From positions 30,380,001 through 30,444,000 of the forward strand of contig NC_135828.1 of NCBI RefSeq assembly GCF_964213995.1: DNA of 64,000 nucleotides, given 5' to 3'. The notes beneath the pieces were generated by a model. It saw nothing but the letters and a program-made list of their open reading frames with translations. It was not told the origin of the DNA and made no database searches. This document shows, piece by piece, positions 36,161 to 49,023 of this stretch; positions within the stretch are counted from its first letter, which is position 1, and the number at the start of each line of letters is the position of its first letter. Both the position numbers and the translations under genes were made by a program. The stretch is from Mustelus asterias (lineage: Eukaryota).

Positions 36161-36496
36161 GGGCGGCACAGTAGCACAGTGGTTAGCACTGCTGCTTCAC
36201 AGCTCCAGGGACCTGGGTTCGATTCCCGGCTTGGGTCACTGTCTGTGTGGAGTTTGCACATTCTCCTCGTGCCTGCGTGGGTTTCCTCCCACAGTCCAAA
36301 GATGTGCGGGTTAGGTTGATTGGCCATGCTAAAATTGCCCCTTAATGTCCTGGGATGCATAGATTAGAGGAATTAGCGGGTAAATATGTAGGGATATGGG
36401 GGTAGGGCCTGGGTGGGATTGTGGTCGGTGCAGACTCGATGGGCCGAATGGCCTCTTTCTGTACTGTAGGGTTTCTATGATTTCTATGATTTCTAT
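36161..36496 (+). mobile_element. HE1 SINE
   Basis: Full head and (TTTCTATGA)n tail. Confidence 0.9.
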
Positions 36497-38152
36497 ACAT
36501 CTTTGGACACGGAGGGGCAATTTAGCAAGTCCAATCCAACTAATCTGCATATCTTTAGACACGGAGGGTCAAGTTACCATATCCAATCCACATGACCTGC
36601 ACATCTTTGGGCACCACGGGGCAATTAATCATGGCCAATCCATCTAAACTGCAGATCCTTGAGCAGTAAGTGACAATGTAAAATGACCAATCCAATTGGT
36701 CAGTATTTGGAATACTGCGTCCAGTTCTGGTCGCCACACTACCAGAAGGACGTGGAGGCTTTGGAGAGAGTACAGAGGAGGTTTACCAGGATGTTGCCTG
36801 GTATGGAGGGGCTTGGTTATGAGGAGAGATTGGGGAAACTGGGGTTGTTCTCCTTGGAAAGATGGAGGATGAGGGGAGACTTAATAGAGGTGTATAAAAT
36901 TATGAAAGGCATAGATAGGGTGAACGGTGGGAAGCTTTTCCCCGGGTCGGTGGTGACGTTCACGAGGGGTCATAGGTTCAAGGTGAAGGGGGGGAGGTTT
37001 AACACAGATATCAGAAGGACATATTTTACACAGAGGGTCGTGGGGGCCTGGAATGTGTTGCCGGGCAAGGTGGTGGAGGCGGACACACGGGGAACGTTTA
37101 AGACTTATCTAGACAGCTATATGAACGGAGTGGGAATGGAGGGATACAAAAGAGTGGTCTAGTTTGGACCAGGGAGCGGCGCGGGCTAATTGTTCTTTGT
37201 TTCTCGTTTCAAGGCTTCATTCTATGATCATCTTGCTGGTGCCAGTACAGAGCGAGACTTCGGATAGTTGGGAACCTGTCTCGGGGGCAGGGAATTCAGA
37301 TGGTGTTCGTAAAGCAGAAGTGGAAATGAATAGGGTTGGGAAGCATTTTCTGATCAGGGCCAGTGTGATCTCCTGGACTCGTTTCGATCGCCTCAGGGGG
37401 TCGGAGAGGAATTTCCCAGATTTTTTTTTCCCCCATATTGGCCCTGGGGTTTTCACTCTGGGTTTTCGCCTCTCCCTGGAGATCACATGGTCTGGAATGG
37501 GGGGGTGGGGGTGAGTTAATAGGTTGTGATGAACAAAGCATCGTAGCTGTGAGGGACAGCTCGGTGGATAGGATATTAGGATGTAGATAGGCTGGAAAAT
37601 TGGGCGGGGATCCTGGATTCAGGATTCAATCCTGGACCGGCGAGCGGCGCGGGCTTGGAGGGCCGAAGGGCCTGTTCCTGTGCTGTATTGTTCTTTGTTC
37701 TTGTTCAATTAATCTACACATCTTTTGACACGAAGAGGCAATTTACCATGGCCAATATGCCTAACCCACAAATCTTTGGACACTAAGGGGCAGTTTAGCA
37801 TAATCAATCCAATTAACCTATAGATCTTTGGACGGTAAGGAGCAATTTAGCATGACCAATCCATCTAACCTGCACACCTTTGGGCACGAAGGGGCAATTT
37901 ACCTTTCATATCCACCTAACTTGTTCATCCTAACTTGTACATCGTTCGACACTAAGAGACAAGTTAGCATCGCTTAATCCAGCTAACCTGCACATCTTTG
38001 GACACGAAAGGACAATTTAGCTTGGCCAATCCACCTAACCTGCAAATGTTTGGACAGTAAGGGGCAATTTACACTATCCAATACACCTAACCTACATATT
38101 GTTGGACAATATAGAGAAATTTAGCATGGCTAATCGATCTGACCTACATATC
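36497..38152 (-). repeat. Expanded minus-strand array of HE1 internal ~58-bp units, interrupted by a CR1
   Basis: More than 10 degenerate ACATCTTTGGACAC..AGGGGCAATTTAGCATGGCCAATCCA.CTAAC units at 36497-36698 and 37707-38152. Confidence 0.75.
36699..37705 (+). mobile_element. CR1 3' portion with long 3' UTR
   Basis: LEYCVQFWSPHYQKD...FTQRVVGAWN; tail TGCTGTATTGTTCTTTGTTCTT. Confidence 0.9.
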
Positions 38153-38164
38153 TTATTCCTCGAA

Positions 38165-38980
38165 CTTTTTTTTCCCCAAAAAATATACTTCATTCGTAAA
38201 TCTGTGAGGACATGACAAACATTACAAAATGATCATCAGACAAATAGCAATAATATTCAGGGTCTTTACATACATCAGGTAAAATTCTGAAATGCTTCAA
38301 TACAGTAAAGGAAACGTGTCAGACATTTTACAATGGTCTTTAAAATGTTGTAAAGTTATTTTAAAAGTTGTCCACATAGAAAAGCTTGCACTCCGAGGTG
38401 TTTCAGTACAACTGACATACATGTAGTATTCACTGTATGCACTCAGTTGCTCCTTAGCCCGAGGGGGGTTCTGATCCCCTTGGTTCACTGTGGTTGAAAG
38501 GTTTTCGACAGTGACTTTCCCCATTGCGGCTCTGCGGCAGCTGCCTGAGCTTTAGTGCATCTCTCAGCACGTAGTCCTGGGCTTTGGAATGTGCCGGTCT
38601 GCAATAATTGGCCTAGGACAACTCCGTGCACTCGAAGACCAACAGGTTTCGGCCGACCAAAGAGCGTCTTTCACCGAGTTGATGATCTTCCTCCTGGGCG
38701 AACCATCATTTTCTACCCAAAAATATACCTTATTGATAAATTTGTGAGAACGTTACAAACATTCCAAAATGACCATCACATAAAAAGCAATAATGCTCAG
38801 GTTCTTAATATCCATCAAGTAACATGTTTCAATACAGTAATGGAAGCGTTTCAGATATTTTACAATGGTCTTAAATATGTTGCAAAGTTATTTTAAAGGC
38901 TGTCTACATTAAAAAGTTGCACTCCTTCTCAAGTTGCACTGCTTCAGTGCAGCTGAGAAACATGTATCTTATTCCGCTAA
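38165..38980 (-). mobile_element. Two tandem 3' ends of a Tx1/L1-like LINE
   Basis: Minus strand 38520-38690 reads KIINSVKDALW..RNLLVF...QDYVLRDAL; the AT-rich 3' UTR occurs twice (38173-38394, 38713-38925). Confidence 0.65.
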
Positions 38981-39258
38981 TATGACACGTTCAGGCAGTG
39001 TATTGCAGGCAGCAGCATGTTGCTGCAGGAAGTAAAAGAACATTTCCCCCGGTGCCAGCTGCACTTTTTGGTATTTCCAATTATCATCTATCTGTGAACA
39101 TTTTCTAACAAGAAGCCGCCAGACCAACTGACAGTCTTTATCTACTCCACAGAATACCTTCTGAAAGTTAATCTCTGTTATGAGTTATTCCCACCCACTG
39201 GGCTGGGCGGTTAGAATCAATTGGTAAGAAAAGTTATAGGCTGGAGGGCAAGTTTCTC

Positions 39259-39270
39259 AGGAAGTGACGT
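39259..39270 (+). promoter_or_regulatory. V1 promoter Ets/CRE composite
   Basis: AGGAAGTGACGT about 113 bp upstream of the leader ATG; identical at the V3 promoter. Confidence 0.7.
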
Positions 39271-39382
39271 CCACATAATAACTACAATGAAATGTAATAA
39301 GATGAAGTCGAGAAACTTCCTTCAGACCTAGCATTGGACTGCACTCTGTTCATTCAAGCAGCGAGCATCCAAAGAAAGGGTC

Positions 39383-40222
39383 ATGTTGCAGGCAGGTTGC
39401 TATTTAATGCAGTTGGCTGCATTTCTCCCAGGTAAGTGAGGCCTCAACTTGGAAGTTCAGCTGCCACTTAATCTGTCGCAGTCCCATATCTGAGGTACAC
39501 ACCTCTTTGTACGAGTTTATTTCCAGAAGCGGCACCTCACATTCAATTCTGAAGTCGATGTCTGGCTGTGAAGGGAGGCCATGGCTTGGATCTCACGTTA
39601 AGCGGACCAAGCCTTTCAAGTGCACGAAAACGATTTCGTAACCCTGTATTGAGAAGGGCAGAAAATTAAGATGTAAAAAATAACCCCTATGAATCAGTTA
39701 TCATTGGACTGTTGTCTGCGACAACGTACTTACCATAGATTGGAAAGTGTGTTTGTTGCTTTTCGCAGTGAGCAACTTTGTATTATTACAATATTATTTC
39801 ATTAATTGGGAAATAAATTAGGATGAGGTGAGATTGTGACAGGTGTTATGTATCGATGTTAAATGCCCTGGTTCCAACGCATTTTTTTATTTCAATTCGA
39901 ATCTATTCTATGTTGACTTCTTCAGGAATTCTCGCCTCTTACGTGGATCAGTCGCCCTCTTTCGTGTCAGTAGCAACAGGAGAATCGACAACACTCAGCT
40001 GCACGCTGACAAATACTGGCTACCCCAATATGTACTGGTACAGACAACAGCGAGGCCGGGCAATGGAAGTTCTGTTCTTCTCTGCTGGAGCTGGAGCTGA
40101 TGTCACACGTTACACATCTGAGTCTTTTGAGGCCAAGAGGTCCAGCCAAACATCGTTCACTTTGGAAATCACCGACGCCGTTCCATCTTATGCCGCTGTC
40201 TACTTCTGCGCTTGTAGTATTG
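39383..40222 (+). CDS. TRBV: TCR V segment V1 (leader 39383-39431, V exon 39926-40222), family A, apparently functional
   Basis: MLQAGCYLMQLAAFLP|GTAAG; CAG acceptor; LSC...MYWYRQ...YFCACS. Confidence 0.85.
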
Positions 40223-40261
40223 CACAGCGTTTGAGAAAGCGGGTCTACAGCGACAAAAACC
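40223..40261 (+). promoter_or_regulatory. 23-RSS of V1
   Basis: CACAGCG-23 nt-ACAAAAACC. Confidence 0.95.
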
Positions 40262-40324
40262 TACAGGTTATAAGTCGCCTGCTCCGGATTCATTCGCAGA
40301 CACAAGGTGGCAGCAATGTCTTAA

Positions 40325-40480
40325 GATAAATGCAAAATACTGCGGATGCTGGAATCTGAAACAAAAGCAGAAAATGCTGAAAACTCTCAACAGGTCTGAC
40401 AGCATCTGTGGAGGCAGAATAGAGTCTATGTTTCAAGTCTGGATGACCCTTCCTCAAAGCTGAAGACAAGGAAAATAGAG
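40325..40480. mobile_element. Short interspersed repeat, probably a Penelope-like terminal fragment
   Basis: AAAATACTGCGGATGCTGGAATC; reverse-complement copies at about 46580-46670 and 50060-50160. Confidence 0.5.
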
Positions 40481-41259
40481 CAAGATTTAAAGGCAGCAAG
40501 ACTGCTGGGGTAAGGGGAAAGGCGGTAATATTGGGGTGGGCATCTGGTTTCTGAATTAATCGTCTCCCACATTTCCGATCAGCACACAGGACATAACATA
40601 TAAACATAGAAGTAAGAAGCTGGAGTAGGCGATTTGGCCCTTGAAGCCTGTTCCCGCCATTCATTATGATCATGGCTGATCATCAAATTCAATACCCTGA
40701 TTCCCTCTTCCCCCATAACTCTTGATCCCTTTCGCCCGAAGAGTTATATCTAATTCCTTCTTGAACTCACACAACAGTTTGTTCTTGTTTGCAGCTCGTT
40801 AAAGGAGCAGCACCATAGCCATTGTAGCACTCCCTCAGGACTGGCGCGAGTAATCAACTGCTCAATTATGTGTCCAAGTACCAGTTGCCGGGCTGAAACC
40901 ATCTATTTCAATCGTGAGATTCCTGCAAAACTGAGTCCAGCCTAAACAACTGACAGCGCGGCAATCGGATGAACACAAAACTATGTTTCTAAAGTTTCAC
41001 CATTCCAATTGCTTTTGCTGTTGATAAGTCAATACAAATCACACTTTAATCAGGCAGTACCGACCACATCACATGGACTGCACCTGTTCAGGAAGGCAGC
41101 TCACCACCACACTCACAAGGGCTGTTCGGTGTGGACAATTGATGTTGGCCTTAGCGGCGATGCAAACATCTAAGCAACGCATTAAGAGAATAAATCCACG
41201 ACCAATTCAATACCAAACTAATGAAATGTTGTTGCCGAAACTTCATAAATCTCTGATCA

Positions 41260-41590
41260 CGATGGCACAGTGGTTCCCACTGTTGCCTCCCAGCGCCAGG
41301 GAGCCTGGTTCGATTCCGTCTCGAGTGACTATGTGGAGTTGACATATTCCCTCCGTGACTGCGTGAGCTTCCTCCGGCTGCTCCGCTTTCCTCCCACAGT
41401 CTAAAGCTGTGCAGGTTAGGTGTATTGGCCATGGTAAATTGCCCCTTCGTGTCCAAAGATATACAGGTTAATTGGATTGGCCATGGTAAATTACCCCTTA
41501 GTGTCTAAAGATGTTTGGGTTAGGGGGGGATTAGCGGGGCAAATATGTTGGGTTACGCGGATAAGGAAGGGAGGTGGGCCCGGATAATAT
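41260..41590 (+). mobile_element. HE1-type SINE, diverged
   Basis: tRNA head and tandem units. Confidence 0.75.
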
Positions 41591-42029
41591 CACTTCCCTC
41601 GTGATTGCCGATATCCGAAACTCACAATTATGGATCGTTCCTTGCAAAAATCTCTTGAAACTTCTCTTCACTAAGGCTTGCATCTGAGTCTTCTCCAGTC
41701 TCTACTATTAGCCAAGCCGTTTTTAACTAGTGTGGATCGATAGTGAATTGTCCAGAACATTCTTGATTTGAATGGATAGTTTTCTCTGATGCGGATGCGT
41801 GAGAGTGTTGTGCTGGGTTGGTTCTGAGGGAAGAAGAGTCAAAAAGAGTTTTTCTTTTCCTTCACAGTTTGACATCGAATTCCCCCTGGCAATGGTCAGT
41901 AGAAAGTTAAGCAAGTCCTCCCGATGTCCGGGCAATAATGACTCCTAGGCCACATTTCTTTACAACATGCATAGGCAGCTGGGATCAAGTGAATCCCTTC
42001 AAGAGTGTAGGGGGTGTAGGAGTAGAGTT

Positions 42030-42372
42030 ATATCATATAATCCCGACAGTGCAGAAAGAGGCCACTTGGCCCATCGAGTCTGCACCGATCACAATCCCAC
42101 CCAGGCCTTACCCCTATATCCCTACATATTTACCCACTAATCCCTCTAACCTACGCATCCCGGGATACTAAGGGGCAATTTTTAGCATGGCCAATCAACC
42201 TAACCCGCACATCTTTGGACTGTGGGAGGAAACCGGAGCACCCGGAGGAAACCCACGCCGACACGAGGAAAATGTGCAAACTCCACACAGACAGTGACCC
42301 AAGCCGGGAATCGAACCCAGGTCCCTGGAGCTGTGAAGCAGCAGTACTAACCACTGTGCTATCATGCCGCCC
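42030..42372 (-). mobile_element. HE1 SINE
   Basis: Reverse complement of a full HE1. Confidence 0.9.
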
Positions 42373-42374
42373 TT

Positions 42375-44150
42375 AAGTTAAGAGAGAAATCAGGAGGGCA
42401 AAAATGGGACACGAGATTGTGTTGGCATATAAGGCAAAGGAGAATCTAAAGAACTTCTACAAATACATAAAGGCCAAAAGAGTAACTCGGGAGAGAGTAG
42501 AGCCTCTTAAGGATCAACAAGGTCATCTATGTGCGGATCCACAAGAGATGGGTGAGAACCTAAATGAATATTTCTTATCAGTATTTACTGTTGAGAAAAG
42601 CATGGATGTTCGGGAACTTGGGGAAATAAATAGTGATATCTTGAGGAGTGTACATATTACAGAGCAGGAGCTGTTGGAATTCTTAAAGCGCATCAAGGTA
42701 GATAAATCCCCGGGACATGATGAAGTGTATCCCAGGACATTGTGGGAGGCTAGGGATGAAATTGTGTTTCCCCTTGCAGAGATATTTGAATCATCGATAG
42801 TCACAGGTGAGGTGCCTGAAGATTGGAGAGTGGCAAATGTTGTGCCTTTGTTTCAAAAAGGCTGCAGGGAAAAGCCTTGGAACTGCAGGCGGGTGAGTTT
42901 CACATCTGTGATGGGTAGGTTGTTAGAAGGTATTTTGAGAGACAGTTCCTACAGGCATTTAGAGACGCAAGGACTGATTAGGGACAGTTAGCATGGCTTT
43001 GTGAGTGGAAAATTATGCCTCACAAAGTTGATTGAGTTTTTTTGAAGGGGTAACGAAGAAGGTAGATGAGGGCAGTGCAGTTGATGTTGTCTACATGGAC
43101 TTTAGTAAGGCCTTTGAGAAGGTACCGCATGGTAGATTGTTGCATAAAGTTAAATCTGACGGGATCCAAGGTGAGGTAGCTAAAGGGATACAAAATTGGC
43201 ATGATGACAAAAGCCAGAGGGTGGTTGTGGAGGGTTGTTTTTTCAAACTGGAGGCCTGTGACCAGTGGCATGCCTTAGTGATCAGTGCTGGTCCCACTGT
43301 TATTTGTCATTTATATTAATGATTTGGGTGAGAATATAGGAGGCATGGTTAGCAACTTTGCACATCACACCCAAATTGGTGGCATAGTGGACAATGAAGA
43401 AGGTTATCTCGCATTACAACGGGATCTTGATCAATTGGGCCAATGGGCTGACGAACGGCAGATGGAGTTTAATTTAGATAAATGCGAAGTGAAGCATTTT
43501 GGTAGGTTGAACCAGGGCAGGACTTGCTCAGTTAATGGTAGGGCGTTGGGGAGAGTTACAGAACAAAGAGATCTAGTTCATAGCTCCTTGAAAGTGGAGT
43601 CACAGTGGACAGAGTGGTGAAGAAGGCATTCAGCATGCTTGATTCCATTGGTCAGAACATTGAATACAGAAGTTGGGACGTCTTGTTGAAGTTGTACAAG
43701 TCATTGGTAAGGCCACACTTGGAATACTATGTACAGTTCTGGTCATCCAATGATAGAAAGGTTATTATTAAACTAGAAAGAGTGCAGAAGAGATTTACAA
43801 GGATGCTCCCGGTTCTTGATGGTTTGAGGGCATAGGTTTAAGGTTAGAGGGGAGAGATACAAAAAGGTCCAGAGGGGCAATTTTTTAACACAGAGGTGGG
43901 AGTGTCTGGAACAAGCTGCCAGAGGTAGTAGTGGAAGCAGGTACAATTTAGTCTTTTAAAAAACATTTGGACAGTTACATGGGTAAGATGGGTATCGAGG
44001 GATATGGGCCAAATGCGGGCAATTGGGAATAGCTTAGGCGTTTAAAAAGAAAGGGCGGCATGGACAAGTTGGGCCGAAGGGCCTATCGCTCTCTCTCTCC
44101 CTCTGTCAATCTCTCCCTCTCTCTGGCTGTAAACTTCTGTGACTCTATGA
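42375..44150 (+). mobile_element. CR1 LINE, degenerate RT region
   Basis: VPEDWRVANVVPLF, MDFSKAF.KVPH, RPHLEY; tail. Confidence 0.9.
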
Positions 44151-44943
44151 GATGACCTGGTCCAGTAGGCAGTCCTGTTCGTTGGACCTTGCTGCGCACA
44201 GTTTGGCAGCTGTTTTTTTCATATAACAAAAAAACAAATGGCTAGACCAAAATATTCATCGCAGTTTGGAAAATAACTGATCGTCCTAAGGTGACAGGAA
44301 ATGCCACAGGAGAGCAGTATCAGTATTCCTATTTGCTGAACCAACGTTTGCGATTGTTTTAGAATCATTTGTACATTTGCCAATGTTTCAGAATCAGCCC
44401 CTCTTTCACTCTGAGTGAAACACTCAGTGAACCATCAATGGCCCACGCGGTGAATTCCAATTTTTTCGCTGTTGCTGTTCTATTTCTCGCCCAATCTTGA
44501 CTAATACTAAGTGTTACATCTAGATTTGTTTTCAGGGAAGCCTAAAGGGTTTTATATCTGTTTACATCTTCCCCTTGCCATCGGAGAATGGTATAAATGC
44601 TATAATGAACTAAATAAGACAATTCCTTAAAATCTCTACAAATGCTTCTCCAAAGATAACTACTTTGATAAAAAAAAACAAATATTTCTAATTTCATTTG
44701 AAATTCGACAATCCGATATTTTCTGAACTATTAAAGCTATGTTTAATTCAAATTTGATTTGCCGAGAACTCCAGTTGTATCGGGTCAAGTTATCGTCTGG
44801 GGAGGAGTGCGGCGTTGGGTTTTGGCAATGTGGGGTACTGATTCAACCCTTGCCCCGTATCGCGCTCGCCCGAACAGCAATTAGAAAGGTCAGCTAACTT
44901 CTACATTCTGTGTGATCATTCAAACTATCCCCTGCTTCACCAG

Positions 44944-45266
44944 GCTGCCCGCGGGCGGATGTGATACAACAATGGCCGTCTTCGACTGCTGTCGAACTGG
45001 GACAAGAGGCTGGTTTAATTTGTTATCAGAATGACAATAACCGCGATGTAATGCTGTGGCATCACCAAACTGCTGAACAAGGGTTCACACTCATCGGGTA
45101 TCAATACACAGGCAGCAAATCTCAATACGAAGGCGGCTTCCAGAATGGATTTGTAATCTCCCGAACTGCCAATGGCAGGATGTCCATTCTGAAGATCCTC
45201 ACTCGGCGGTGTATTACTGCGCTGCAAGAGATGGTGCACGGCGCTGCAGACTCAATGATAAAAACT
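44944..45266 (+). pseudogene. TRBV: TCR V pseudogene V2, family B (16-nt FR3 deletion; RSS spacer 14 nt)
   Basis: ADVIQQWP...LICYQND...MLWHHQ; YYCAARDG is out of frame; CACGGCG (45237)-14 nt-ATAAAAACT; no clear leader donor found. Confidence 0.85.
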
Positions 45267-45834
45267 CTGACAGAGAAATGCCTGCTTGCTTGGCCCTCTC
45301 AAACACTTCGCCGCGTTAGCAGTTGCGCTTGATTCAGTTTTTAGCCAGTTCACTGAGAAATAAAAAAACAAAGGGATCAATGAAGATGTTTTCAGAAACT
45401 CGGAAAGATAGAGATCAGAATGGACTGGTTATAGGAGGAAAACACGATGAACGGTGAGCTGAAAGAAGAGGAGAGTAGAAGGGCCGATTGTAGTCTAAAT
45501 TATTCTGGTGACATACTGCTGTGGAGTAATGGGAACACGAGGAGGTCATTCGCCCCTTCAAGCCTGCTCGGCCATTCATTATGATCGTGGCTGATCATCC
45601 AACTCAATAGCCTGACCCCGACTTACCCACAGATCATTAGGTCCCTTCACCCCATGTGCTTCTGGAAAACATGCAATGTATTGGCCTCAACTATTTTCTG
45701 TCGCAGCGACTCGCACAGACTGACCACTCTCTGGGTGAAGAAATTTATCTTATCTCTGTTTTGTATTTTTCATGGAATTCATGAAGATGCGAGTTTATTT
45801 TGCTCATCCATGATTGCACTTAGCAAGGTGATCA

Positions 45835-46140
45835 TGGTGTGGAGTTGCCGGTGTTGGACTGGGGTAGGCACAGTAAGTAGTCTCACAATACCAGGTTAAA
45901 GTCCAACAGATTTACTTGGTAGCATGAACTTTCGGAACGCCGCTCCTTTATCAGGTGAGTGCAGTATTTGTTGCACAAACAGGGCATATATAGACACAAA
46001 CTCAATTACAAGATAATGGTTGTAATGCGAGTCTTAACATGTAATCAAGTCTTTACAGGTGCAGACAATGTGAGTGGAGAGAGGGTTAAGCACAGGTTAA
46101 AGAGGTGTGAATTGTCTCTAGACAGGACAGTTTGTGAGCG
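45835..46140. mobile_element. Penelope-like fragment
   Basis: CCAGGTTAAAGTCCAACAG and GTTGGACTGGGG shared with 4888-5498. Confidence 0.55.
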
Positions 46141-46151
46141 ACCTTCTTTAA

Positions 46152-46740
46152 AGGGCGGAATGGTGGCACAATGGTTAGCATTGCTGCCTCACAGCGCCAA
46201 TGACCAGGGTTCAAATCCAACTTTGGGTGGCTGTCTGTGTGGACTATGCACGTTCTCCCCGTTGCCATGCTAAATTGACCCCTCGGGTCCAAACATATGT
46301 AGGTTTGATGGATTGACCATGCTAAATTATCATTTAGAGTCCAAAGATGTGTAGGTTAGGTGGTTTGGCCATGCTAAATTGTCCCATGGTGTCCACAGAT
46401 GTGCGGGTTAGGTTCATTAGCCATGATAACCTGCCCCTATTGTCCAAAGTTGTGGATTGGCCACATTAATGCATGGAATTACCTGGATAGGGTATGGGTA
46501 AGTTGCCCGAAGCAGAGGCAGAAATTGCTGAAACATGGAGAGAGGATAGAGCCAATGTTTTAATTCAGGATACCCCTGCTCTCTCTTCAGATGCTGTCAG
46601 GCCTGTTCCGATTTTCCAGCATTTTCTGTTTTTCTTTCCGATTCCAGCATCCGCAGTATTTTGCCTTTACGCTCTTTCGGAGAGTCTGTGCAGACCTGAT
46701 GGACCGAATGACCTCCTTCTGCCCTGTAGGGATTGTATGG
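46152..46740 (+). mobile_element. HE1-type SINE with tandem units, split by a short repeat at about 46505-46670
   Basis: Head at 46152; tail resumes at GCTCTTTCGGAGAGTC near 46671. Confidence 0.75.
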
Positions 46741-47207
46741 AACCTGGAGTCCATGTGCTTTTTGACTCGCCCTTATTCATCATATTTGTCTTGTTTCTTT
46801 CTCCTCAGCGAGTTTCCCTTGAAACTCCTTTTTGCAATCCGCTTCTATTGGTCATTATATAAATGCTAGTGCTGAAAAGTATTCGGACAAGTTGTGACCG
46901 CGAAACTATAACCCGTAAGCATAAATATCCATCCTGTTCAGTCGTGTGTTTCGGGCATTGATATCTGCCGCGTTTGCTCGGTTGACGCACACGGAACTCG
47001 ATGTGCTGACTATGAACTTACCTCTGAAGTGGCAGGTAAACCATCACCATACTAAATCGCAATAAAATTGACTTTAGATGTCGAGGAAGGCCGCTCATGC
47101 CCACCTCATCAAGAACAATTAGTGATGGGCCGAAAATGGTGACCTCTCCAGCGATGCTTAAAGCCCATGAAATAATACGGAAATAAACATTTTTTGGGTC
47201 CATCTAC

Positions 47208-47543
47208 ATAGATAGATACCCTACAGTGCAGAAAGAGGCCATTTGGCACATCGAGTCTGCACCGACCACAATCCCACCCAGGCCCTTCCCCCATATCCCT
47301 ACATATTTGCCCACTAATCTCTCCAACCTAGGCATCGCAGGACACTAAGGGGCAATTTTAGCATGGCCAATCAACCTAACCCGCACATCTTTGGACTGTG
47401 GGAGGAAACCAGAGCACCCGGAGGAAACCCACGCAGACACCAGGAGAATGTGCAAACTCCGCACAGACAGTGACCGAGAATCGAACCCAGGTCGCTGGAG
47501 CTGTGAAGCAGCAGTGCTAACCACTGTGCTACCGTGCCGCCCT
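47208..47543 (-). mobile_element. HE1 SINE
   Basis: Reverse complement of a full HE1. Confidence 0.9.
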
Positions 47544-47976
47544 GGCTCCAAATCTGGCTAAATACTTTATCCCGAATTCGCGGCTGGGTTTATAAATGCT
47601 AGGATGTTGTTAACACTCCCTTTAATTTGTCTAATATATCCGCTCCTTTTCTTCCTGCCCAAACATTCCTGATTGGAATTTTGGCCTTCCAGTATTTAGC
47701 TAATTGCATTTTGAACGTTGTTATTAGACCGATGACACCACACTTTCTGGTAATCCATTTCAGGCCATGACATCCCGCTGTGAACATTGAAAACTTATCT
47801 GCACGTTTTGACGATCAGTTTCAAGCTAGTGATTCATTTTTAGACCAAGTACCGCTTGATGAATTGACTGTTCTTGCCTCAATCGAATTCATTCTGGGAT
47901 TGCAACAACTCTCACAGGTTTCACACGTCATAATTTTAAGCTGCCCAGAAAAGTATTGGCTTGGGGAAGTTGTCGC

Positions 47977-47988
47977 AGGAAGTGACGT
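47977..47988 (+). promoter_or_regulatory. V3 promoter Ets/CRE composite
   Basis: AGGAAGTGACGT, same as V1. Confidence 0.7.
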
Positions 47989-48101
47989 TGAAGAATCATA
48001 ATAATCGGATTGAATCATATATAACAGGGGAACGGCATTCAGAAGTGGGAGAGCACACATTCCGCTCACTCATCGTGCAAGCAATAAAAGAAAAGGTCGT
48101 G

Positions 48102-48984
48102 ATGCAAGAGGTTTATTTGCGAATATTAATGGCTGCTCTTTTCCAACGTAAGTCAAAGCCGAAAGGCGGAATATTGCATCATAATGGCAACCGTACTTGA
48201 GTAGGTAGCACTCACATCTGAGTTATAAAGACTGAGGTTCGTGTCTCGTTACGGATATTTGAGCTTAAATTAAAGGCTGCAATTCCATCAACAGGCCCCT
48301 TCTATATCCGAGGGCCAACAGTTAGATATATTGTTAAACCGATGTGTCCTCTCAGTTGTCCGAAATGTATTCTATATGCCCATTTAGGGAGCAGAGTAAT
48401 GTTGATTCCTATATCCTGTGGCATGTATCAATCAGAGATAGCCATTTAAAAGCCCATATAAACAGAAGCTCGTCATGGTGCTCTTTGCCAGATGTGGTTG
48501 TACGTAAATTGCTCGTGTTACACTTTAGCAGTGGAGGCTTTTTACTGAACGCAGTTAATTGGTTATCAAGTAATTTCGGCTGCCCTGTGGTTGGGACGGG
48601 CACTTCAACAATTCAATGTCTTTTTTAAAATGTAACTCCCATTCTCCATTACTTACAGACACATGAATCTATTTGATGTTTGATTCAACAGAAATTATTG
48701 CCTCATATGTAGAGCAGTCGCCTTCTGTCGTTTCGACTGCAGCAGGGGATTCCACAACACTTAGATGCAAGCTAACGAATACTGGCTACCCCGACATGTA
48801 CTGGTATAGACAACAAACCGGCAGGGCACTGGAAGCTCTCTTCTATTCTGGTGCTGAAGGGGCTGTTACCGATTACACCCCTGAGTCCTTTAGTGCCACG
48901 AGATCCAGCAATACACAGTTTACCTTGGAATTGAAGGATCTGTCTCCATCGCACACCGCTCTCTACTTCTGCGCGTGCAGTATC
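48102..48984 (+). CDS. TRBV: TCR V segment V3 (leader 48102-48147, V exon 48692-48984), family A, apparently functional
   Basis: MQEVYLRILMAALFQ|GTAAG; LRC...MYWYRQ...YFCACS. Confidence 0.85.
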
Positions 48985-49023
48985 CACAGTGCAGAAAAAT
49001 GCGCTTCTGCAGATACAAAAAAC
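48985..49023 (+). promoter_or_regulatory. 23-RSS of V3
   Basis: CACAGTG-23 nt-ACAAAAAAC. Confidence 0.95.

Noticed and set aside
44438-44512. Candidate leader exon for V2
   Set aside because: Hydrophobic run is followed by TGA and CTAAGT instead of a GT donor; cannot be called confidently.
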